A DNA stretch of 64,000 nucleotides. Source: Heterodontus francisci. Its lineage: Eukaryota. Positions 50,422 through 63,637 of this stretch are shown here, piece after piece. The notes under the pieces are model-generated. The model was not told the DNA's origin and ran no database searches. It worked only from the letters and a program-made list of their open reading frames with translations. The stretch's first letter is position 1; each line of letters opens with the position of its first letter. The stretch is from NCBI RefSeq assembly GCF_036365525.1, contig NC_090382.1, positions 27,128,219 to 27,192,218 on the forward strand. The letters are read 5' to 3'. The position numbers were made by a program, and so were the translations under genes.

Positions 50422-50455
50422 TCATTTATTCTTTTCCTCTCTATCTATCTATTCT

Positions 50456-50456
50456 T

Positions 50457-50487
<31 letters not shown>

Positions 50488-50488
50488 C
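50456..50488. repeat. (TG)n(CG)n microsatellite
   Basis: Alternating purine-pyrimidine run inside the LTR. Confidence 0.9.
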
Positions 50489-51224
50489 CAGTGAATGCAT
50501 GTGTGGGTGCAGTTGCAACCATTTCAGGAATGAATATTGCTCAATAAATATGTAATCTGTTTTAAACCTACAAGAAAACCTGTCACTGTCTGTTTATTTG
50601 ACAAATAAAACACAAATGGTTAAACCCCAGTAACAAAAACACTTGCTGCAGTCAGTCAGGAGGTGAACAGTCAGAACCAGCCATACCCTTTACCACCTGG
50701 GCGTAACACAGGCTGCCGCTGCCTCCTAAAGTTATAGCACCACTTTACAAATTTTTTGGATGCTAGTTGTCTGGAGTGGTGGACATTACAGCACAGAAGG
50801 AGGATATTTGATCTATCCTGGCTGTGCTTATGCTCACCCTTCGCATGAAGTGATTCGCCCTAAGTCCCATCCTTCCATCTTAGGTCCACATTTCCATATG
50901 AGTTTCACAGGTTTAAGGTGTAAAATGGGCAGTGAAATTGGGGCTGGGCCTTGGGCCTCAATTGCACCAAACCGGCATACTGTGACACCAAGCCAGCCCA
51001 CCGGTAGGTGTTGGGCTGGGGAAGGAGATGATTCAGAGTGGGGGAACAGCCCAGGCCAGCAAGTAGGTTCTGGAAGCTTAAGGGGCGGGAGGGAGGGGAG
51101 ATTGTACCCTGAAATGGGTCTCCCCAGCCTTTCCCGAAAAATGGGCGCACCAGTGTCCAGTTGTTTCACCTTGCCTCGAAAGTAGAACCTGATGATACGG
51201 CCTGAGCTGAAGTGCACTAAATTC

Positions 51225-51770
51225 AAAATTAAATTGTGGAAACAATATTTTAGTGAAAAGGTGGTTAACCTATGGGCAGACTGCCTGGGGATATGGTAGA
51301 AGCAGTTACTATTAATTTATTCAAAGGCAAATTAGATAGATTTATTTCAGAAAATAGCATTTTGGGCTACAGAAAATGTATAATTTGGGATATGATGTGG
51401 TAAGTTTAACTAGCTTGGGAGGAGCAATTGATTTTGGACACTCAGGTGAGAAATGCATTATGGTATAATTGAAGAAAACCACGCAGGTAGTGGCCCATGG
51501 TACTGCCTGCCCCGGTGAATCGACGTAAGTCTGCATAGCATTGCTAAAAGTGACAATATGCAACTGAATTTCTCCCCCATTGTTCCCAAAGCTCTCCACC
51601 ACTGGGCTTTTCCTCACCTCATGTCTCGGTGTGTTGTAGACTAATTGATAAGGATTGATTGTTCTGATCAGTCAACATCTGTATTAATGTTATCATGCCA
51701 TTACCAAATTGGGAGAAGGCAAACTAGACGGATCTTGTTCTTTTTCATCTAGAAATTCCTGTGTTTCTAT
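51225..51770 (+). mobile_element. CR1 3' end with a probable small MITE inside (about 51418-51578)
   Basis: KQYFSEKVVNLWxxLPGDMVEA..FKGKLDRF; internal end CTGAATTTCTCCCC. Confidence 0.6.
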
Positions 51771-52371
51771 ATTTGGCTAAGAAAGACAACTTTCTGCTGT
51801 TTGCTGTCAAGCATAGATTTCACCTAGAAAGTACCATTTTTATATTTAATAGAGCGATGTGACAAAAATGCAGCTTTATTTGTCTGGAACGTCACTGGAT
51901 TCTTGCTTATCATTATGGTACCTTTAGGGTTAAACCTCAGGTCCAGTTGAAGGAATGACCTCCCCTTAGCAACTGATACATGTCAATACAGGGGCCACAG
52001 AAAATGCCTCTGCAGGAGCCTAATAAGGACAGCCTGTTCAATTATATTAAAGTGCTAGAATTTCCCATGTCGTCTTTGGTGTAATTCCAGAGTATTAACC
52101 ATTTTAGTAGGGCATTGTTTATGTTAGGTTTTCCACCACAGGTTTGATCTCCTGTGAACTCCCTTGGGATTGTGGCCTTGCCTGCTGAGTCTCTCATTTA
52201 AATATCATAACGAGGTTCAGTCGGGCTGCAACATTCACACTGGTGAGGTGCTCAGGGCGACAGTCAGGCAGAACCAAGTAGCTTATGAGCTAGCAGACTG
52301 TTTGCAGTTTTAAGAGTCATTCTGTAGCTGGGGCTGATTATGCAGTGATATTTATTTTGCTGTTCTACCTG

Positions 52372-52716
52372 CCCATAATCAGGCACTCCAGTGCTGTACC
52401 GAGGGAGTGCTGCATTGTCAGAGGTGCCATCTTTAAGGTGAGATGTTAATCGGAGGCCTTGTCTGCCCTTCAAGGTGGCTGTAATAAATCCCAGGGCATT
52501 ATTTCAAAGGAACAGGGATGTTCTTTCCGGTGTCCTGGCCAATATTTATCCCTGAACCAACATCACTAAAACAGATGAGTTGGCCATTGCTGATTGTGGG
52601 AGCTTGCTGTGCACAAATTGGATGCCATGTTTCCTACACCATAACAGTGGCTACACTTCAAAAGTACTTCATTGGCTGTAAAGTTCTTTAGGAGTTCCTG
52701 ATGTTGTGAAAGGCGC
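52372..52716 (+). mobile_element. Deu-domain SINE
   Basis: GAGGGAGTGCTGCATTGTCAGAGGTGCC...GTCCTGGCCAATATTTATCCC. Confidence 0.85.
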
Positions 52717-53265
52717 TCGGAGGCAGGTTTGGAGGCGGGTGTGCCGCAAGGGGATGACTTGCCGGTTGCCAGACTTGTTGCTACCTCTGTGTGGTTTTTT
52801 GAGAGGCGGCATCTCAGGGATGCTGGCCACCTACCCAGTAACGATGGGTAGTCAATTAAGGCGATTAAGTAGGCAGTTGAGAGGTTGCTTGGCACAGCTT
52901 TGCAATTTTGTCAGCGGCGCACAGGCCCCACACAGTGAGAGCAACTTGTCCAAACAGATGATGTGGCTACACAGCCAGAAAACCTTGACTAAAGCAGCAG
53001 ATATTAAATCCTTTGTATGAAAGTGTGAATCAGCAAAGAGGAGCTTGTGCATTGCCATGACTGGCTGTAGTAGAAGCAGAGCTCTCGGATTGGGAGTGCC
53101 GATAGACAGGGTGTTGTCATGATGATAATTGAGTGTTATGTGGACTTGCATATCAGATACAGTATGGTACTCAAATATTAGCTACAATACTGTACATGCT
53201 GTACTAGTTAAGAGCGCATCTGATCAGAGGGGTCAAAGGTCAGATAGCACATGTTGAAGGACTGT

Positions 53266-54002
53266 GGGCTGAATTTTACACCGCCCCAGTGGGTTGGATG
53301 ATGGCATAGGGGCGGCGTACAATTGAGCGGGAGGCTCCGGGAGGCCTACCCGTCCTGCTTTTCCCTCCGGTGAACTTTATGGCAGTCGGGCAAGGGGAGG
53401 AAACGGCCCGCCTGCCTGAGGCCAATCAAGGCCCTTAATTGGCCACTTAACGGCCACTTAAGGGCCCTCGCCAGCCTCCACAGGTATTTTACCCGTGACA
53501 AGCAGGCATGTTGGGGGTGTGAAAGGCCGCCCAGCGAAAGCTGCCGGCCTTTCCGCGCCCCGGGATGGGGGGGCCATGGCAGTTGGGCACAGGGTGCCCG
53601 ATTGAGGGCTGCCCCTGCCTCCCAACCCACCCCCGGACCCAAGACGCCCCCTCCCCCCAAACGATCACCCTAACCTCACCAGGGCACGACTGATCCCCCT
53701 GGTGAGGCATGCCCAACTTACCCAATTTCTCGGATCCATGGCATCGGCTGGGCTGCAGTCCCAGCAGTGGCCACTGCTCCCGGTTGTGCTGCTGGGACTA
53801 AGAGCTGCCGGCCCACTGATTGGCTGGCAGCTCACTGAGGCGGGACCTCCTCCCTCAAGTGGGAGGAAGTCCCGCCCCGGCACAGTTGAAGCCTGGGGAT
53901 ACACAAAATAGGGGACAGATCCCCGGGCTAGGAGGAAGTGGGTTCACCACCGACTTTTGCATCGGTTGCACATTCCCGTCCACCTAGGGTAAAATCCAGC
54001 CC
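53266..54002. mobile_element. Harbinger-like MITE in the 5' LTR of Gypsy C
   Basis: TIRs GGGCTGAATTTTAC / GTAAAATCCAGCCC (13/14); 3-bp TSD TGT; CpG-rich. Confidence 0.9.
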
Positions 54003-56386
54003 TGTATCTGTAGAGTAAAGATGGCTGAGTAAAGCCTGTGAAGCAAGTTAAATCTCAGTCTTGCTAAGGGTCATTACTAGAGGATCCAACTGTGGTGACG
54101 AGGTCTAAAATGTTCAGTTAGGTTACCTGAACCATTGCAGTCAGCTATGCCTTTTGGCAGATTGGAATCTGCTGGGGTTAGAGGGGTAAATCTATTTGAT
54201 CCCAATGATGAAGCCAGTGTAGTGAACACGCAATGGGTCACATGGCTGGAAGAGTTTGAGGAATATGTGGACAGTAGGGACCTGTTTCTCAATAGGGCAA
54301 CATCGACATAGCGAGCAAAATGAAGGACTTTGTTGCTCTACAATGCTGGGGCATTGGTGAGAGAGACATTTAAAACACTGAAATGGCACATGAGAAAGGG
54401 ATTATAATGATAAGGTCATGGATGCATTAAACAATCATCATGTGGTGAAGATGAAAGCATAACTTCAGCAACATGCTTTTGAACAGTTGAAGCAGACAGA
54501 GGGGGAAACTGTGGCGCATTTCTCACTAGGTTGAAGCAAGCATCTAAGGGATGTAATGATTTGGATAATCAGCTCAGGGACCAAGTCACACAAAGTTGAA
54601 GCACAAGTTGCTTGTAAAAGATGTGTTAATCTTGACAGAAACATCGAGAGTGGCCATTCATTTGAAGCTGAGGAAGCTCCATTCTAGTTGATGAAGTTGG
54701 ATGCAGATGCTTCAGCTTATGGGGTGTCCTAGATCAAACTCAAGCCAAGTGAACAAGCTTAGATCCTCAAGAGGGCAAGGTAGGATTAGCCCAAGTAAGA
54801 CTGAGAAAGTGTGCTTCAAATGTGGACATTTGGGACATTTTATGAAGGATTCTTACTGCCCTGCAAAAGGCAAGACCTGCAGAAATTGTGGGGGAAAGGA
54901 TCACTTTGCTAGAAAGCGCAGGATCAAAACTGAGAAGAGAATAAAGTCTGGAAAGGAAAACGAGGACAGAGGAATGAAGAAGTCAGAAATGCATGCCGAG
55001 TAGATGATTACAGCAAGATTGACGGTGAATGTGATGAGGGATGCACGTTTGCAGTGAATAATAGGAAACATTGAAACATTCCAGTGCTGATTGGTGGGGT
55101 GAAGATGGACATCATTGTGGATTCTGGAAGTGACAGCAATGTGATTGATAGGACATTGCAGGAAGAATTTTAGGAGAAGAGAATCAAGTGTACATCATGG
55201 AAATGAGTGAAGAAGTTGTTCCCATACACATCCAAGATACCGCTTCAAACTGTGGGATATTTCAAGGCAAGTAGGTGACAAAAAGATACATGCAGAGTTC
55301 ATGGTCATTGGAGAGAAAGGGGTACCACTCATGAGCAAATGGTTCAAGCCTTAGGGGTGCTGCGTATTGGATTGAAGGTGAACTTTGTGAAGTCATATGC
55401 TGAACTGAAGGAGAATTTCAAACCTGTTTTCCAAGGAATAGGAAAGCTTTTGATCATCAAGTGAAGCTGACCATTGATGACAACATTGAGGCAGTAGCTC
55501 AGCCTGCATGAAGAACACCTTTTGGAATGAAGGGAAAGATCCAAGAGCTCATTGCTCAAGACATTGTGAACTAGTAGAAGGACCAACACCTTAGGTGAGT
55601 CCAATGGTGGTAACACCCAAGCCAAATGGAGACATAAGACTGTGCATCGACATGAGCCAGGTGAATGAGGCAGTGGTTAGAGAACACGATCCAATACCAA
55701 CTGTAGATGAGGTACTCCAGGAGATGTCAACAAGTAAGGTGTTTTCCAAGTTGGACCTAAAGTGGGGGCACCACCAGCTAGAGTTCCACCCAGATTCTAG
55801 GAAGGTGACAATGTTTGTCACACACAGTGGACTGTACCAATACAAAAGGCTGTTACTTGGCATAAACACAGCACCTGAGATTTATCAATATGAGATCCAT
55901 AAAGTAATTCAAGCTGTACCAGGAACAGCCAATATTTCAGATGAAATCATTGTTCATGAAGAACAGGATGAGAGGCTGAGACTAGTGTTGGCAAGGTTGC
56001 AAGCAGCAGGTTTAAAGGTGAATGCAGACAAATGCCTATTCAGAGTGTGAGAGTTGATATTTCTGGGTCACAAGTTGACAAGCCAAGGCATTAATCCAGC
56101 AAGAGAGAAAGTTAAGGCAATGGCAGAAGTAAGAGAACCACAAAATGCCAGTGACAGGAAGAGCTTTTTTGGTCTTGTAAACTATTGTGCAAAATTCATA
56201 CCAAACTTTGCTACATTGGTTTATCCATTGAGGAAGTTAACAAGGAAGAATGAACAATTCGTGTTTGGCCAAGAGCAGAAGGATGTATTCGGAGCACTGA
56301 AGGAAAGCTTGATGAGTGCTTACATTCTTGCATATAACAATCCACAAGCACCAATGAAGATCATTATGGATGCTAGTCTGGTAGGA

Positions 56387-57225
56387 TGATGCTGGACTTT
56401 GTTTTTATTTTAAAGCTCATTGGAAGGATGGAAGGACATTGGGACTTGAGCTTTCTATTTAAAAGCAACCCTTACTGGATGATGTCACATGTCTTAAGCT
56501 AAATAAACAACAGGAACCTTGGTAGCTGCGAGAGTTGTTTATAGAAAAGTGACATGTCACGATTTATGGTGGTTAAGAGTTGGTTTTGTTTTGAATATTG
56601 TTTTGAGTCTGTTGGGTTTACAGCCTGATGAGAGAAACACCCAGTTCATCCTTTCTCCATCTCTCTGAGAAACCCTGAGAATCCAGTATGTGATAGCTGA
56701 AACCCCTGATGTTGAATTTCTCCTGGAAAGCCTTCCAGACTAATCCTCGCTGTTGCCTGAAGAGAACTGCTCCAAAAAGATCTCAGTTACAGCCATTTAT
56801 GAGTAATTGGGACATCAGAAATGGGACAACTGATATCATTCCTTATCTTATCCTTTTCCTTCAAGAATTAACAAGTATTTAGCCAAACTATTTCTTGAAT
56901 TTTTTTGTAAAGTGATGTCTGCAGAGAAAACATCTTTATTTTTTCTTTAACTGGTAGTATATGTTGGGCTAAGGTAGAAGGGAACTTTCATATTTCAATC
57001 TGTGTGTTAATGCTTTGCATCTTTACCGAATGCATCTTGTTTTATAATAAGTTGATAATTCAGTTGTTTATTAAAAAAACCTTGTTGGTGGATTTTATTC
57101 TGAAATAAAAATAAAGTATATAATTGGCCATATCAGTAACTGGGTAAACATTTCAATTCTTTTTATGACCTGTGGAGAAGTGGAACTAGAGAAAGACAGT
57201 GACTCCTCCCGCCTCGGTCGTAACA
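56387..57225 (+). mobile_element. Solo LTR
   Basis: TGATGC...CTCGGTCGTAACA termini; interrupts RNase H at DASLVG. Confidence 0.8.
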
Positions 57226-58782
57226 CGTTCATGAGATATGGACATCGCTGGCTCGGCCTGCATTTATTGCCCATCTCTAATTGTCCTTGAGAAAATGGTG
57301 GTGGTGAGCTGTCTTCTTGAACCGCTTCAGTCCTTGGGGTGTAGGTACATCCACAGTACTGTTAGGAAGGGAATTCCAGGATTTTGACCCAGTGACAATG
57401 AAGGAACGGTGATATAGTTCCAAATCAGGATGGTGTGTAGCTTGGAGAGGAACCTGTAGGTGGTGGTGTTACCATGCATCTGCTGCGCTTGTCTTTCTAG
57501 GTGGTAGAGGTCGCGGTTTTGGAAGTTGCTGTCGAAGGAGCCTTGATGAGTTGCTGCACTGCATCTTGTAGATGATACACATTGCTGCCACTGTACATTG
57601 TTGGTGAAGGGAGTGAATGTTGAAGGTGATGGATGGGGTTAATCAAGCGGGCTGCTTTGTCCTGGTTGTTATTGAGGTTCTTGAATGTTGTTGGAGCTGC
57701 ACCCATCTAGGCAAGTGGAGGGTATTCTATCACACTCCTGACTTTGACCTTGTAGATGATGGGCAGGCATTGGGAAAACAGAAGGTGAGTTTCTTGCAGC
57801 AGAATTTCCAGCCTCTGACCTGATCTTGTAGCCACAGCATTTATGTGGTTGGTCCAGTTCAGTTTCTGGTTAATTGTAACACCTAGGATGTTGATAGTGG
57901 GGGATTCAGCGATGGTAATGCCATCGAACATCAAGGGGAGATGGTTAGATTCTCTCTTGTTTGAGATAGTCATTGCCTGGCACTTGTGTGACGTGAATGT
58001 TACTTGCCACTTATCAGCCCAAGCCTGGATGTTGTCCAGGTCTCGCTGCATCTGGACATGGGCTGCTTCAGTAGCTGAGCAGTCACGAATGGTGCTGAAC
58101 ATTGGGCAATCATCAGCAAACATCCCCACTTCTGACCTTACGATGGTGGGTAGGTCATTAATGAAGCAGTTGAAGATGGTTGGGCCTAGGACGCTCCTGA
58201 GGAATTCATGGAATGTCCTGGAACTAAGATGATTGATTTCCACAACCACAATAATTTTCCTTCATGCTAAGTATGACTCAAACCCGTGCAGAGTTTCCCC
58301 CCTGATGCCCATTGACTTCAGTCTTGCTGGGGTTCCTTGATACCATACTCAGTCAAATGCTGCCTTGATGTCAAGAGCAGTCACTCTCACCTCATCTTTC
58401 GAGTTCAGTTCTTTTATACATGTTTGGACCAAGGCTGTAATGAGGTCAGGAGCTGATTGGCCCTGATGGAACCCAACTGAGCGCCAGTGAGCAGGTTAGT
58501 GCTAAGTAAGTGCTGCTTGATAGCACTGTTTACGACCTCGTCCATCTCTTTGTTGATAATTGAGAGTAGACTGATAGGGTAGTAATTGATTGGGTTGGAT
58601 TTGTCCTGCTTTTTGGTACAGGACATACCTGGGCAATTTTCCATATTGCTGGGTATACGCCAGTATTGTAGCTGTACTGGATCAGCTTGACTAGGGACGT
58701 GGCTAGTTCTGGGGCACAAATCTTCAGTACTATTGCTGGTATGTTGTCAGGGCCTATAGCCTTTGCAGTATCCAGTGCCTTC
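57226..58782 (-). mobile_element. LINE family B RT and 3' end
   Basis: KAIGPDNIP, NYYPISLLS, SVLGPTIF, MFADD. Confidence 0.9.
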
Positions 58783-61700
58783 AATCCATTGAAGACACAT
58801 GAACCCCAAGAGAAAAAGTCTCCTATAGCGAACAAGATTTAAAATACTTGGCCCCAACGAAAAGCAAGATCTATCTACACTCAAGGACCCTACAGTAAAC
58901 TCAAAGAACCATAACAAAAACTCCTCAGATATTGCCTCAAACTTTTCCACTTTATTTTTCTTCTGCTCTTTTCTGTCTCTATTTGCATGTGTGTATCATG
59001 TATGCATGCTAGTGTGGGCGCGTCATGTATCCGAAGGCGTCAATCAAAGCAGAGTTTAAGTTCAAGTTTCATAAATTTCAACTTTTCTTCTTAAACCTAA
59101 GAATACCTGTTTGCGCTAATTTTTTGCCTTATAATTGAAAAGCGGTGAACAAGGATTCACCAAGGGGGAACTAAAAACATGGTCATTTAAAAAATCAAAC
59201 CCTGTTACAGTAAGACCAGGTGAAGGCTGAGAGGGAACTCCTAGACCCCTTTCTCACCTGGCCGTAACAGAAATTTGGGTGCTAGCATCCGGAATTGACC
59301 CACAGACAAATGAGAAATTGGAAGTGGGAAGCCAAATTGTTCCCAATCAAAAAAGAGCAAGATTTCAATACAGGTTTTCCTGTAGTTGTGTGTGCTTGAA
59401 TACTAACATATCTACAACTGAAGCTAGTAGCTTCCCAAGCCAGGGTGAAGTAACTTGGGATAAGTCAAAAGCACTGTCTATGGAGGAGTTGAGAAAAATG
59501 GCTGAGCAGTGGGGGATCACTGTACGTGGCAAGGCTAGGAAGTCTGAACGCATAAGGCTAGAGGCCAACCATTTTTCCCTTGAATATGAAGAAACAGAAA
59601 CAGGGTTAGAAGCAGACTCCAACAGTGTACGGCTAGCAAAGATACAATTGAAACAGTGGAAACTTGAATTTAAGGAAATGGAAAGAGAGAGAGAGAGAGG
59701 CAGGAGAGGGAGAAAGAAAGAGACTTCCAGAAGGAATGTGAAGATGAAGGGAAGCAGGAGAGAGAGAGAGAAAGAACCTTGCAGAAAGAATGCGAAGAAA
59801 GAGAGCTGAAGTGGCTTCAGTTAACTAGGGGTGACAGAGTAACCCCAGCGAAAGCATGAAGCGTGGCTGACCTGGAGGAGCATAATTCAGGGCTGGATAC
59901 AAAATTGTTAAAACTAGCTCAATTAATCCCAAAATTCAATGAGGAAGATGTGGAAGTGTTTTTTGTGTTTTTTGAGAAACTGGCAAGGAAGCTAAAATGG
60001 CCAGCTGAGACCTGGTCTCTTTTATTACAAAGCAAGCTAACTGGAAAAGACTTTGAAGTTTATTCCCTGTTGCCTGATGGGAGTTCATCAAATTATGAAC
60101 TGATGAAAAAATGCTATTCTCAGGGCATATGAATTAATACCTGAAGCCTATCGCTAAAATGCTTAGAACCCTCAAGAAGCAAGCTAATCAAACTTATCTG
60201 GAGTTTGAAAGAAGTAAGCAGCTGGCTTTTGGCCAGTGGTTGAGGGCTGTTAAAGTACAGCTCAGCTTTGAGGCTGTCAGTGAAGTAATTCTGTTGCAGG
60301 AATTTAAACACTCTCTCCCACTCTCCATAAAGACCCATGTAGAGGAGCAGCAGGTTCAGAGAGCCTGGCAAGCGGCCGTTTTGACCGATGAGTTTTCTTT
60401 AATTTATAAGTCGGTCTCCCAGGGGAGAACCTTTCCTAATCACCCTCAAATCCAAAAAAGACAAAGGTTGGGAAGGTGATAGGAGCCCAAAAAGTCCTGG
60501 GAGAGAAAGAAAAGCAGGAGACACAGGGGACGGTCCTCCAGCCAAAAAAGGAAGGTTCTGTGAGCAAGAGTGAGATCCAGAGACCTGTGTGCTTCCATTT
60601 TAATAAAGCAGGGCATTTAAAAGCTGACTGCATGGAAACGAAAGGGAAAACCTGTCGGGTTAATCAGGGCACACCTGTTCAGTGAAGACACGACCCTAAT
60701 GGAAAGCACAGCAGAACAAGCTGTGCGTTTAACTGCAGTAAGAGTGAGATCCAGGTAGCTTACGGCACGTGCAGGAAAATTTAATAGGATTCCTGAAGGC
60801 TATCATAGAAAACACAGAAACATAGAAAATAAGAGCAGTAGTAGGCCATTCAGCCCTTCGAGCCTGCACTGCCATTCAATACGATAATGGCTGATCGTCC
60901 AAACTCAGTACCCTGTTCCGGCTTTCTCCCCATATCCCGTGATTCCTTCAGCCCTAAGCACTAAGCACTATATCTAACTCTTTCTTGAATATATTTAATG
61001 ATTTGGCTTCAACTGCTTTCTGTGATAGAGAATTCCACAGGTTCACCACTCTCTGGGTGAAGAAATCCCTCCTCATCCTTATCAGGGTTTTATGTCTGAA
61101 TGGAAAGTAACTCCACACCCCTAGAGTAGGGCAAGTAAGCCCATAGTAACTCTCAGGGACACAGGGGTCACAAGATCCCTTTTACTGGGAAAAGGCTTGA
61201 CCTTTCCCCCAGAGAGTGCAGTGAACACCAGAATGGTGGTGAAATGTATTGGAGGGCAATGTATGCCTGTATGTGTACACTGGGTGCACCTGGAGTGCGA
61301 CCTAGTTTCTGGACTGGTGACCGTAGGGATTGTCCCTAGTTTGCCTGTGGACGGGGTTGATCTGCTCCTAGGTAATGATCTGGTGGGGGTGAAGATGGTA
61401 GCCCCCCCAATAGTGAAAGAAAGACCGCAGGAGGTCAGAGAGACAGGGCAGTGGCAGGAGACGGTCCCCTGCAGTTTCCCTGAATGTGTAGTGAATCAGA
61501 CCATGATCAAACCAGCTCCCCAGAGGAGACAGAATTAGCACTGCAGGCAGATGACCAGGTCTGTCTGTCTGAGACTTTGTTTGGGAAGTTAAGAGACCCA
61601 GGGAATGAATTAAATGGATTTTCCCTAGGTGAGGCTCAGCGAGCTGACCCAGTATTGCGAGAGTTAGCACAGGCTGTCCAGTCTGAAAGTGAAGCAGAGG

Positions 61701-63637
61701 GAGTCCCTGATTGCTACTATTTAAAGAATGAGGTACTAGTGAAGAAATGGAGTTCACCTAACAGACCAGAGAGCAAACAGTGGACAGTAGCTCACCAGTT
61801 AGTGGTGCTGCAAAGGAGAGAAATATTAAGAAGGGCCCATGTGATTACAGTGGCTGTACATGCCGGTATATGAAAGACCAAAGCCCGGATAAGACAGCAG
61901 ACCTGCACCCCTCAGTCCCGTACCGGTGTTATGAGGACCCTCCAGCAGAGGGCTGGTGAACTGTAAGGGAACCCCGCTGAGAACAAAAAGGGACAGGCGG
62001 GCACACGGTTGGCAAAAGGTTAGACAGGGAAGGGGAAAAAGTGACCAAGAGGACAGGTTAAAGGAAGTCCAGGAGGAATTCCGGATGGAAACCCTTACTG
62101 TCCGGTCAGCCAATCCCGACAAATGTGAAAAGTTAGACACCACATTGTCCTACGTAAATGCAGACACTAGAAGCACCCGACCAGAGTTGCAAACATCATT
62201 TACAGGAACCTGCAGAGACAAAGAAATACCTCAAGGGTGCAGTGAAACCGTGAAGATGATACCTCACTTGGTTGACATGCCAGAAGGGAGTGCAGTAGAG
62301 TCTGTGCAAACACCTGCAGGCAGGAGGGTCCCAGAGGACAAAGGAGAGATTAACAAAGAGTCTACCCCACGGTCAGAATCAAACAGAACTACCCATCCCC
62401 CAAAGTCAAAAGCCTTTGCATCCCCCAGCAAAGCACTGAAAGAGAGTTCAGGATAGACCCGCCCACTACTGACTCTCCTGAGGAAAAAAATTCCAACTTA
62501 GGGCTAATTAAACCTAACCATCTCAAAGAACCTAGGCAGCCATGGAAATGGGCAAACTGAAGAAAAACTTCCCCCAAAAAGGCACATGTTTACTGGGATG
62601 ACAAAAAGGGAGGGATAGTTTTAATAAGTTTTAGGATTTATGAATGAATGTGAATGAATGAGAGAGAGAGACATGTGTTTTTCCCCTGTATCTTATATTT
62701 TCTCTCTCAACCTTTTTAATGAAATGCTGTCTTCAAAAATCGCATTTCATTCTGCTGGGTGCAGACATGTCATGCTAGGCCCCTACCTGAAAGAATAAGG
62801 CACATTAATTTTGTCATGAACATTGATTTTAAACTTTTGCTGGAGCGAGTAAATGATTTGTTAAGCAAATCAGCTGTGGCTGGAAAAGACATCTGCACAT
62901 TAACAGACAGTGCTTGGAAGGACAAAGGACTGTTCCCTGACACATTCAACCCATAATAGACCTTGATCGCCAGGTATTGTGTGTAAGAGGAGAATTTCAG
63001 AGATTGCTAAAGTGATACAATCCAGGACTGCTTAGACCAGCTGGTCACATGACTAACTGGCTGTTCTAGGGTCTTTTGTACTAGCCACAGAGAGTTTGAA
63101 CTCAGAAAGACTGTTTGCTCCCATCTCTTTCTCACAAGCCACTGAATCCATTGAAGACACATGAACCCCAAGAGAGAAAAGTCTCCTACAGCGAACAAGG
63201 TTTAAGAAGAATACTGGGCCCCAATGAAAAGCAAGAGCTACCTATAATTAAGGACTCTACAGTGAGCTCGAAGAACCATAACAAAAACTCCTCAGATATT
63301 GCCTCAAACTTTTCCACTTTATTTTTCTTCTGCTCTTTTCTGTCTCTATTTGCCTGTGTGTATCGCGTATGCATGCTAGTGTGGGCGCGTCGTGTATCCG
63401 TAGGCTTCAATCGAATTAGAATTTAAGTTCAAGTTTCATAACTTTCAACTTTTCTTCTTTAAACCTCAGAAAATCTGTTTGTACTGGTTGTTTCGCCTTA
63501 CAATTTGAAAGCAGTAAACAAGGATTCACCAAGGGGGAGCTAAAAACACGGTGTTTTTAAAAATTAAACCCTGCTACAGTAAGACCAGGTGAAAGCTGAG
63601 AGGAACTCCTAGATCCCTATCTCACCTGGTCGTAACA
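58783..63637 (+). mobile_element. Gmr1-like Gypsy with SCAN-type gag, internally deleted (5' LTR remnant 58783-59269; 3' LTR 62768-63637)
   Basis: Degenerate tRNA-Pro PBS at 59276; gag IPKFNEEDVEVFF..FEKLA..WP, SCAN-like ILLQEFKHSLP...AAVLTDEF, knuckle CFHFNKAGHLKADC; protease LRDTG and LLLGNDL; integrase N-terminus follows protease; no RT motifs. Confidence 0.88.
60806..61079 (-). mobile_element. CR1 3' end inserted in the Gmr1-like element
   Basis: TTTCTATG tail; TSD TATCA. Confidence 0.85.

Larger units (their letters stand above)
48892..50708 (+). mobile_element. Solo LTR containing an inverted solo LTR
   Basis: TGTCATGC...CACCTGGGCGTAACA termini; AATAAA near 50545. Confidence 0.8.

Noticed and set aside
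50760-51226. Overlapping 130-141 aa ORFs
   Set aside because: GC-rich MITE-like fragment; stop-poor by composition
61956-62456. env-like gene in the Gmr1-like element
   Set aside because: Hydrophilic, with no signal peptide or transmembrane segment; begins with integrase remnants
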